From NCBI RefSeq assembly GCF_018350175.1, contig NC_058368.1, positions 5,828,001-5,892,000 on the forward strand: 64,000 nucleotides of DNA, written 5' to 3'. The DNA is from Felis catus (taxonomy: Eukaryota). The notes beneath the pieces were generated by a model. That model was given only the letters and a program-made list of their open reading frames with translations, did not search any database and was not told the origin of the DNA. Position numbers and translations under genes: made by a program. Shown here one piece after another: positions 38,455 through 50,400 of the stretch; within the stretch, counting starts at the first letter, position 1; every line of letters begins with the position of its first letter.

Positions 38455-41400
38455 ACACAGAAAGAGAAAAAGAACCTAAAATGTTTGGGGGGGGGATTTG
38501 AGAAAGATTCACTCCTCTGCTTTGGGGTCTATAAATAATTATATTTGCCCTGATGTATAGAGGAATTAAGGAAGAATTGGACATTAAAAAGCAAAATTAG
38601 TATTATCCCTTCTAGAGTATTTCTTTCTCTAACTTCTTAGTTTGAAATTTATGATGTTTATTTACTTTTTAATGTTTATTTTTGAGAGAGACAGAGAGAC
38701 TGTGAGCAGGGGAGGGGCAGACAGAGAGGGAGACACAGAATCCGAAGCAGGCTCCAGGCTCTGAGCTGTCAGCACAGAGCCCGATATGGGTCTCAACACC
38801 ACGGACCGGACCGTGAGATCAGGACCTGAGTCGAAGTCAGGTGCTCAACTGACTGAGCCACTCAGGCTCCCCTATGATGTTGTAAAGCCCTGTTGTTCAT
38901 GTTACACATTATGTACGATGATCGTGTACAAGTTATTTCCGATTTTTAAAGCTTGTAATTTCATGGGTTCTTTATCTGTAACATTAGGGATTTCAGGGAT
39001 TTCTAACACCTTAGTTAAAAGCTTTTTTTCCTGTTGGATTCAGTAAGAAAAAAAAGGGGGAGGGGAGTTTCTGTCATCTAATACCTAAATATTCTGGGGG
39101 AACTATATTTAATAGATTCTTATTTCCCATGTTTTTAAAAAGTGAAGAATGTCTTTCTAATTTGAACATCTTTCTCCTGTTTCTTATTTTGTTATTAGTT
39201 TTTAATCTGTGATCCTCTGGTATCAGGTTTTGGTTCCTCTAAAATAGATAGAAGTCCCACTTCTAAAGAGTAAGTGGATGACCTTTCAGGAAAGATCATG
39301 AACTAGGTAGTTCACTACCAAATTTACCTCTCATGTATTTTGATAACATCTTTTTCCCCCCCAAATTGGTTGCTGGGAAATCTACGGTGGTAAAAGGCAG
39401 AAGACATTTACTTCTAAAAGTCCCATGACTGTTAATATTCATAAAGTGGCAAATTTTCAAATTCAACTTAATTTGAAGACCACATAATTGGAAAAGAAGA
39501 ATTAACCATGACAGTATATTTTTTTGGTTACTACCTTAATTTTCAACTTACGATGTCCATAGTAGATTTAGAATCAGGCACACAATAGGGACTATGAAGA
39601 AACCCAGCCAGAAGTATGGACAAACCAGGACCACACTGACCTGCAAATAAATAGAAATAAAGAGTATTTACATAGGAATCTTTTAGTTTGTCAGTATTGA
39701 GTACCACGTGTAACTTTCAGTTTCCCTTCTCCTCCACAAAAACCTCGAGATGCAGGTGTGGATGCAGTCATAGGAGTCTAGAACTACTCAATCAGTGTAA
39801 GTACATAAAACCTAAATATAGTATCAGCTAACTTAATTCAATAGTGTATTCTATAAACAGTCAACCAAGTAAATATTTTGATCAAATAAGTTTTATCTCA
39901 GGAATGCAAGCGTGGTTCAACCTTATGTTACCTAGCAATACAACTTTACTTAACTTCTAGACATTGTGTGTAAGACAATTGTGCCATTCTAGTCCCCTGT
40001 GAAAAATCACTCTTCTCTCTGCCTGATCAGAGAGAATCAGGACTGTACTGATTTAAGACTGGGTAAGGCTCTGTACTGTATATATTTTTAATTTTCTGTA
40101 TATGCTGATGTTTCAACATCCAAACAAAAAAACCTTTCTGTGTGGAGACTGCCCCTCCCAGAACTAGTCAATTCTTACAGATGGTAAGATCTCAGCGGAG
40201 AGGATGCCTTTGATCTGCAAACTAATCCACAGCCTCTCTCCTCTATCTGGCCCATATACCCCAGGAGGCATTATTCCTTTGCCATAATCATTCCAGAACC
40301 AGGTAACAGGCAACTAGAAACCACCCCTATAGTCCAAAGCCTGCAAAAAATCATTTAAACTAGCCATTCCTGGGCTGTTCACCCTGCTCTGCCTTGCCTT
40401 TCCCATGGAAGCCCCAGTAAAGGCAAGGCCTAAGCACTCCTCAGCTCCTGTGTTCCTCCTCCTGACCACCCTGGTCTCTTTCCCATGTGGCATGCTGTGA
40501 TTTATCTTTAGGACCTGTGGGAATAATACATGTTATTAAAATGGCTATAGTAAGTCCTTACCAGTAAGTAATTACTTTAAATGTAAACGGATTAAATTCT
40601 CCAATCAAAAGACATAGAGTGACTGGATAAATAAAAAAGATCCAAGAATATGCCACTGATAGGAGACTCACGTCAGCTTTCAGGCCACATAGGCAAAAGT
40701 AAGGGGATTGAAAAAAATATTACAAGTAAATGGTAACCAAAAGAGAGCAGGAGTGGCTATATTAATATTAGATAAAATAAACATTCAGGCCAAATCAGTC
40801 ATAAGAGACAAAGAAGGTCACTATATAGTATTATGGAGGTCAATTTATTAAGAGGATATGAGAATTATAAGTTTGTTTGCACCTGACATTGGAGCACCTA
40901 AATATTTAAACCATAAACAAAACTGAAGGGGGAAATTCACAGCAATATAATAATAGGGAATTCAATTCCCCACTTTCAACAATGGAAAGATCATTTGGAC
41001 AGAAAATCGATAAGGAAACCGCTGTCCTCAATAACACAATAGACAAAATGGACCTTATAGACATATTCAGAACATTCCATCCAACAGCACCAGAATACAC
41101 ATTCTTTTCCAGTGCACATGGAACATTCTCCAGGATAGATTACATGTTGGGCCACAAAGCAAGCCTTAACAAATTTAAGAAGATTGAAATAATATCAAGT
41201 ATTTTTTTCCCTGATCATAATTATATTTAATTAGAAATCAGTACTAGGAGGAAAACTGGATAAAATCACAAATAATGTGGAAATTAAACAACACACTACT
41301 GAATAATCCAACGGGTCAAAGAAATCAAAAGGGAAACCACTCATGCATCTCTGGAATAAATCCTACTTGATTGTGATGAATGATTTTTTTAATGCATAGT

Positions 41401-44400
41401 TGCATTTGGTTTGCTAATATTTTGTTGAAGATTTTTGCATCTATGTTTATCAGAGATATTGGCCTGTAGTTATCTTTTTTGTAGTGTCTATCTGATTTTG
41501 GCATCAGGGTAATGCTGGCCTTATAGAATGAATTTGGAAGTCTTCCTTTTTTAGAAGTGTGAGAAGAATACATATTAACTCTTATTTAAATGTTTGGTAG
41601 AATTCACTTGTGAAGCTATCTATTCCTGGACTTTTGTTTGTTGGGAGTGTTTTGATTATCAGTTCAGTTTCATTACTTAGTAATTCATCTGTTCAAATTT
41701 TCTTTTCCTTTCTTATCCAGTTTTGGAAGATTGTATGTTTCTAGGAATTTATCAGTTTCTTCTAGGTTGTCTGATTCATTGGCCTATAATTTTTATAGTC
41801 TCTTATAATCCTTTGTATTCCTGTGGTGTCAGTTGTTATTTCTCATTCTATATTTCTGATTTTATTGACTTGAGTCCTCTCTCATTTTCTAGATGAATCT
41901 GGCTAAAGGTTTATCAATTTTGTTCATCTTTTCAAAGAAACAAACTCCTGATTTCATTGATCTTTTCTATTTTTGGTCTTTATTTCTTTTATTTTTGCTC
42001 TAGTCTTTATTACAAACATTACTTTGAATTTTTTATTGGGCATATTGCTTATTTCAGTTTCATTTAGATCTTTTTCTGTAACTTTGTCTGTTCTTTCATT
42101 TGGTACATATTCTTCGGTCTCTTCATTTTGTCTAACTTCCTGTGTTTGTTTCCATGTATTATTAGGGAGATCAGCTGTGTCTCCTGGTCTTGGAAGTAGT
42201 GATCTTGTAGAAGAGAGGCCCTGCGGGGCCCTGCAGCACAGCGTTCCCTGGTCACCAGAACTAGGTGTTCCAGAAGTATCTCCCGTGTGGGCTGCCTGCA
42301 CCCTACTGTTATGGCTGGGCCACATTTGCCTTTAGCCCCATCAGCTACAGTGACCTCCTTTGCCTGCTGTGGACACACTGGGCAGGGTTTGGTCACTGCA
42401 TTGCTGAGGGCCTGTCGATCAGTGTGATACACCAGATTAACAAGACAAAGGATAAAAAACTAGACAGTCATCTCAGTAGATGCAGAAAAGCACTTGACAA
42501 AATCCAACATCCATTTGCAATAAAAACTCTCAACCAAGTGAGTTTAGAGGGAACACAGCTCAACATAATTAAGGCCATATAAGAAAAATCCACAGCTAAC
42601 ATGATATGCAGTGGTGAAAAACTGAGAGCTTTTCCTCTAAGATCAGTAACATGACAAGGATGTTCATTTTTACCACTTTTATTCAATGTAGTACTGGGAG
42701 CCCTAGCTGCAGCAGTCAGACAATAAAAAGAAATAAAAGGCATCCAAATTGGTAAGGATGAAGTAAAACCGTCACTGTTTGCAGATGGCATGATAGTATA
42801 TATAGAAAATTCTAGACTCCGCCAAACAACTATTAGAACTCATGAATGAGTTCACTAAGGTCACAGGATATAAAATCAATGCACAGAGATCTGTTGTATT
42901 TCTATACACTAAGAATGAAGTAGCAGAAAGAAATTAAGAAAACCATCCCACTTAAAATTTTATTCAAAAAGAATAAAATACCTAGGAATAAACTTAACCA
43001 AAGAAATGAAACATCTGTACTCTAAAAACTGTAAAACATTGATGAAAGAAAATTTAAATGACACAAATGGAAAGATATTCCATCCTCATGGGTTAGAAGA
43101 ATTAATATTGTTAAAATGTCCATATTACACAAAGCAATCTATAGATTCCATTCAATCTCTATCGAAATACCAATAGTACTTTTTACAGAACTAGAACACG
43201 TAATACTAAATTTGAGTGGAACTACAAAAGACACCAAATAGCCGAAGCAATCTTGAGAAAAGAACAAAACTAGAGGTATCACGATCCTAGATTTTGATCA
43301 CTACAAGCTATAGTAATCAAAACAGTATGGCACAAAATAGACATGCAGATCAATGGAAAAGAATAGAGAGTTCAGAAATAAGCCCCTGCTTATATGGTAA
43401 TTAATCTATGACAAAGGGAGCAAGACCATAAAATGGGGGAAAGACACTCTTTTCAATAAATGATGTTGAGAAACCTGGACAGCTATATACAGAAGAATGA
43501 AACCGAACCACTTTCTTATATCATAAACAAAGTGGATTAAAGTGAGACCTGAAACCATAAAGCTCCTGGAAGAAAACATAGGTGTAATCTTTTTGACATC
43601 AGCGCTAGGGACATTTTTCTAGATATGTTTCCTCAGACAAGGGAAAAAAGCAAAAGTCAACTATTTGGACTACACCCAAATGAAAAGCTTTTGCACAGCA
43701 AAGGAAACCACCAACAAAACAAAAGACATCCTACTGAACAGGAGATATTTGCAAATCATATATCCAATCAGAACCTAACATCCAAAATATACAAAGAACT
43801 TACGGAACTCAGCAACAACAAAACTAAACTAGATTGGACCTGAATAGACCTTTTTCCAAGGAAGATTTATAGATGGTCAATAGAGGTTTCCCGAGGGAGG
43901 GGCCAGGATGCTGGAGCAGCGTGGAAGTTCTCTGCTTCTCTCGTCCCTGAAATCCAACTAGATGAGCACCAAACCATTTTGCACTCCTAGAAAATTGATC
44001 CGAGGATGAACACAACAATCTGCATAACTTGAGCCACAGAACTTGGCAGGTACACAGTGCGGAGAGGTAAACTGGGGGAGAGAGGCCATGGAGGGTAGAG
44101 AGCTGTTTTTGCAGAGAGAGGGCAGAGAAAGGGGGCAGAGTACAGGAAAAGCACTCCCGCTGAAACTAGCTGGAGGGAAAGAGTGGAAACAGCCACAAGT
44201 AACTGGACAAGAAAGGGAGAAAGGAGAAAGGAGAGGGTTTCAATACCATTAGGGCTCTGGAAACAGGGGAGAGCAGTCAGAAATTCCGCAGCTCGATACC
44301 TGGCAGTGGTCTGGCGGGAAGGGCGAATCCCCCGGAGCAGGCAGTGAGGTCCGAGGTCTGGGGGCTACGTGGGGAGAAGCAGTTCCCCTGCTAGGAGGGC

Positions 44401-47400
44401 ATTTGGTAGAGGACCTCCCCACAGGCAAAGGTCCCAGCGGACCCCAGGGAACGGCCACGTTTGCTGGCATTGAAACAAAGATGCCGGGATGAGGTCAAAC
44501 CTGGTGCCGGTTGTGCGTTGTCATTTACCATAACCCCTTAACCTCTTCTGTGCGATTGCACGAACTTCTGCTGGGGCGAGCCGGCACCCAGCCATTGCTC
44601 AGTGAGACCCTCCCCCAGAGGGTTGGAGCAGGTCCAAGCCACAGGGCCCTCAGAAGTGGGGGGGGGGGGGGGGGGTTGGAAACAGCCCCGTCTGAAATAA
44701 AATTCTGGACGGAGGTGCTGCGCGGCAGGATGGCTTGAATGCAGACAGTGTAGAAGCAGGGAGTGGACAGAAAACAGAGACATAGGAGGGTTGCTTGACT
44801 GCTGGTCAGTGAGAGTGCGGTGTTCCTGTGCCAGACTGGGAAGCTGGGTAATGCCATTTTCCCCTCTCCCACACACGTGCATCCGTCCATCCCCGTAAGC
44901 TATCCACCCCGCTAAGCTAAGCAGAGCCACCTAGTGGAGAATCGAGCCGTTACACCAAGCCCCATCCAACTGCACCAACCAAGCCCTAGAGGACCACAAG
45001 TCTCTCCGCCTCCTAAGTGTGCAGATACATGGTGCTTTATAGTTTGGCTTCCAGGGCAAACTGGACATAATTTCGTTTCGATTTCATTCTGTTCGCTGGT
45101 CCATCTATTTGGGTTTTTTTTCCTTTTCTTCTCTTAATCTTGAATACAGAATAAGAAAAAAATTATTTTTATTTTCCGTTTTTATAAATTTTTAAAATCT
45201 TTTTACTATATTTTTTTGTAAATTTTTTATTCTACTTCCTACAGACCAATAGACACATGAAAGGCTACCTCACATCACTAGTCGTCAGTAATCATCAGAG
45301 AAATGCAAATCAAAACCGTAGTGAGACATCACCTTGTATCTCAGAATGGCCAGAAATAAATAACAAATGTTGGTGAGGATGTGGAGGAAAAGGAACCCTT
45401 GTGCATTGTTGAGAATGTAAATTGATGGAGCCACTATGGAGAACAGCATGGAGGTCCCTCGAATTTAAAACGCAATAATGTATGATCCAGTAATTCCAGT
45501 ACTGGGTATTTACCCAAAGAAAAAGAAAACACTACTTCAAAAACATATGTGCACCCCTCTATTTATTGCAGCATTATGTACAGTAGCTAAGACATGGATG
45601 CAACTTAAGTGCCTATCAGTAGATGAATGGATAAAGAAATGGGGTGTGTGTGTGTGTGTGTGTGTGTATTATTTTCATAGTAAAAAATGATATCTTGGTA
45701 TTTATGACATCACAGGTAGACCTAGAGGGTATTATGCTAAGTGAAACACATCAGACAGAGAAAGACAAATACCCTATGATTTGATTTACATATGGAATCT
45801 AAAAACAAATGAATAAACAAACAGAAACAGACCCATAAATAGAGAACAATCTGGTGGTTGTCAGAGGGTTGGGGATGAGAGGATTGGTGAAATGGGTAAA
45901 GAGGAGTGGAAGGTACAGGCTTCCAGTTATTGAATGAATAAGTCTTGGGATTAAAGGTAAAGCGTGGTGAATGAATATAATCAAGGATATCGTAATAGCA
46001 TCGTATGGTGACGGAGGGCAGCTACACTTGAAGTGAGATAGCATAATATATAGAGTTGTTGAATCACTATCTTGTACACTTGAAATTAAATAACACTGTA
46101 TGTTCATTATACTTTAAAAAGAAGGTACAACAACAAAACAAGTTCAGAAACAACAAAAGAGGAAACTGGAAAGTATCTCTGGACAAACAAAAATGAAAAC
46201 ACAACATATCAACACTTATGGGCTGTGGCAAAAGCAGTTTTAAGAAGGAAGTTTATAGTAATAAATGTTTACGTCAAGAAAAAAAGATCTCGAGCTAACT
46301 TAACAACTTGGGAGCTAGAGAAACAAGAACAACCAAGCCCACGCTCGCCAAAAGGAAGGAAATAATAAAGAATAGAGCAGAAATAAGTAAAACAGGATTC
46401 TAGGACAATGGCAGAATAGGAAGCAATGGGGAGCTGTCTGCCCCCCGCCCCCGACAGTAATTGCACTCATAGGATGTGTCTGTTATAATTGTTTTTGAAC
46501 TCTGGAATCTGTTGAAGGCTTGCATATTCCAGGGGGTAACTTGCAAAGTTAAACTGTGTTTAGTTTTGGTCAATTTCAGCTCTTTGCCCAGTAGCAGCTC
46601 CCCATCATGTCCTCCCAGCCAAGTGGCACATATTTCTGAAGCCTCTCGCATACAGGTTAGGGGAATTTGGCCGAGGGAAAAGGACCCTGTTCTCCAAATA
46701 TTGGAGGTGTTTGCTCTGATCACGTACTGCTGCTCCTGGTCACAGAGGTGCAAAGAGGCATAGTGTTTTCCACAGTGGCTGCACCAGTTTACATTCCCAC
46801 CAACAGTGCTCAGCAGTTCTCTTTTCGCCACATCCTCACCAACACTTGTCATTTCCTGTATTTTTGATAGTAGCCATTCTGACTGTTATGAGGCGATATC
46901 TCCTTGTGGTTTTGATTTGTGTTTCACTGATGATTGGTAATGTTGAGTATCTTTTCATGTGTCTGTTGGCCAACTGTATGTGAGACTCTTGACTTTTGTA
47001 TGTATAACAAAAGTAATCAAACTAGGTAACTTCAGCACAAATGGAGTTACTTGCAGGAGGTTTGTTTTTACTGGTTTGGTAAATAAATTTCCTGCATGCT
47101 GTGCCAAACTCAGAGTGGAAAACCTTTTCTGTGACGTGTGCGTGACGAAAATCAATAGATCGTCTGTATGTAAACACTTTGCCTTTGCTAGCAGTCTTGG
47201 CAGTTTTGCCAAGGGTAAAGAGATGATTTATGAATAGAAATAAAAATCAAAGGAAAGGAAGAAATTAAATACGTCTTTGCTACAAGCGTCAAGGAGTTCT
47301 CACTCTCTAGATTTGAGTGTATTTTAAGAACTGAAACAATACATATCCTTAACACCCTGGACCCAGAAGCAGGTAGCTCAAGCCCAGAGTAACTGGCTTA

Positions 47401-50400
47401 TTATTGTTTGGCTCTCTCAGTGGAGAACAGCTTTCTTCTAGACGTATGCATGAAAGGTGTATTGGGGAAATTATTTTTAAAGGAACTGAGGAACAAGTAA
47501 GAAAAAAATATTTCATTTAATATCCAAACAACAAACTGCATATTCCTTCACCTTAACACTCAACTTATGCTTAAAACATTCAGAAAAGTACAAGACTTAA
47601 AATGATAAATTTTAGTTTGTTTTTGTGTATGATGTAAGAAAGTGGTCCAGTTGCATTCTTTTATATCTAGCTGCCCAGTTTTCTCAACATCATTTGTTGA
47701 AGAGAATGTCTTTTTCCTATTGCATGTTCTTGAAGATTAATTGGTCACATAATAATGATGGGTTTATTTCTGGGTTCTCTATTCTGTTCCTTTGATCTAT
47801 GTGTCTGTTTTTGTGTCAGCACCACACTGTTTTGTTTACTACAGATTTGTAATATATCTTGAAATATGGGATTGTGATACCTCTAGTTTCGTTCTTTTTT
47901 CTCAAGATTGCGTTAGCTATTTGGTATCTTTTGTAGTCCCACTCAAATTTAAGGATTATTTGTTCTAGTTCTGTGAAAATGCTGTTGGTATTTTGATAGG
48001 GATTGCACTAAACGTGTAGATTGCTTTGGGTAGTATAGACATTTTAATGATATTTATTCTCCCAATCGATGAGCATGGAATACCTTCCCATTTGTTTGTC
48101 ATCTTCAGTTTCTTTCATCAATGTTTTATAGTTTTCAGAGTACAGATCTGTCACCTCCTTGGTTAGGTTTATTCCTAGGTATCTTCTTGGTTTTGGTGCA
48201 GTTGTAAATGGATTGTTTTCTCAATTTCTCTTTCTCCTACTTCATTATTAACGTATAGAAATGCAGTGGATTTCTGTATATTGATTTTGTGTCCTGAGAC
48301 CTTATTGAATTCATTATAAGATCCAGTAGTTTGTTTGTTTGTTTGTTTGTTTGTTTGTTTGTTTGTTTGTTTTGGTGGTGTCTTCAGTGTTTTCTACATA
48401 CAGTATTATGTCATCTGCAAATGGTGACAGTTTTCCTTCCTCCTAACCAATTTGGGTGCCTTTTATCTCTTTTTCTTGTCTGATTGCTGTGGCTAGGACT
48501 TCTAGTACTATGTTGAAAAGAAGTGGTGAGAGTAGATATCCTTTTGTTCCTGATCTTAGGGTAAAAGTTCTCAGGTTTTCATTAAAATTCTCAATTTTAA
48601 TACAGAATTTATGACAATATAAATATTCTCTCTTAAAATGGGAAAAAAAACAGCCTATCACCATTCCCTTACTAGTGCTTATTCCACCACATTCATAAAT
48701 TAAGTCTCATTTAAATATTTTATGATTTTAACAGCTTTATCAAGGCATAGTTTGACTTAAAATACACTGAACATATTTAAAGTGAACAATTTGATATGTT
48801 TGGCATACATTATGTCCATGAGCTCATTAACACAAGCAAGAATATAACTAGCACCCCCAGAAGTCTCTTTATCCTTCAGTGTAAGCACTCCTTCCTGCCC
48901 TCGTGTGCCATTTACCACCCACCACCCATGTCTCCAGTTTACTATTGATCTGCTTTCTGTCACTATAAATTTGTTGGAAATTTCTATAAACAGATCCATA
49001 CAGTTTGTAAACTTCTTGGCCTGGTTTATTTCTCTCAACATAATTATTTTGAGAGCCATCCAAGTTGTTGTATATGTCAACAGTTTATTCATTTTTATTG
49101 CTGAATAATAATTCAGTTGTATGGTGATTTGTCTTTTTATTCACCAGTCAATGCACTTTTGCGCTGTTCCCAGTTTGGGCTGTTGCAAACAAGGCAGCCT
49201 TGAATATTTATATTCAAGTCTTTTTGTGGACGTATGCTTTCATTTCTTTTGGGTAAATATCAGGGAGTGGAATGACAGGTTCTTATGGTATATGTATGTT
49301 ATACTTTTTTTTCCCCTTTTTTTTTTAACTTAAAGTTTAGTTAATTAACATACAGTGCCATATTGGTTCCAGGAGTAGAATTCAGTGATTTGTCACTTAC
49401 ATACAACACCCAGCACTCATCACAACAAGTGCCCCCCCAATACTCATCACCCATGTAGCCCCATCTCCCCTCCACCTCCCTCCATCAACCCATGATTTGT
49501 TCTATATCGTTAAGACTCTCTTGTGGTTTGTTTCCCTCTCTTCTCTTATCCCCTTCTTCCCATATGCTCATCTATATGAAATCATATGGTATTTGTCTTT
49601 CTCTGATTGACCTAATTCACTTAGGATAATACATTCTGGCTCCATCAACATCATGGCAAATGGCAAGATTTCATTCTTTTTGATGGCTGAGTAATATTCC
49701 ATTGTGTACATATACCACATCTTCTTTATCCATTAATTGGTTGATGGACGTTTGGGGTCTCTCCATAGTTTGGCTATTGTTGATAATGCTGCTAAAACAT
49801 TGGGCATTATAGCATATTAAATACACGCTATAACACGTATGTTAAGACCTTTACGAAACTGCCAAACTGCTTTCCAAAGCATTTTACATTTTTTTATTAA
49901 AAAAATTTATTTTAAACATTTCTTTATTTTTGAAAGGCAGAGAGAGACACAGAACACCAGCGGGGGAGGGGCAGAGAGAGAAGGAGACACGGAATCTGAA
50001 GCAGGCTCCAGGTTCTGAGCTGTCAGCACAGAGCCGGAGAAAGCGTTTTACATTCTTATACGCAGCATATGAGGGTGGCAGTTGCTTTGCATCCTCAGGG
50101 ACACTTGGTGTTGACATTTTTATAGTTGTAGCCATTCTCATAGTTGTGTGCTGCTGTCTCAGTTTAGTTTTAATCTGTATTTATCTCATAACTAATGATG
50201 TTAAGCATCTTTTCTTTTCCTTTGTTATTCATATGTATTCTTTGGTGAAGTATCTATTTGAATATTTTGACCATTGTATAATTTGGTCATTTATCTTTAT
50301 TATGTCCTTTCTTCTCAGTTTGGGTTTCATTTGTCCTTTTTCTAGTTTCTTAACATGGAAGCTAGAGCTGATATTTGAGAACCTTCTTTTTTACAGACAT

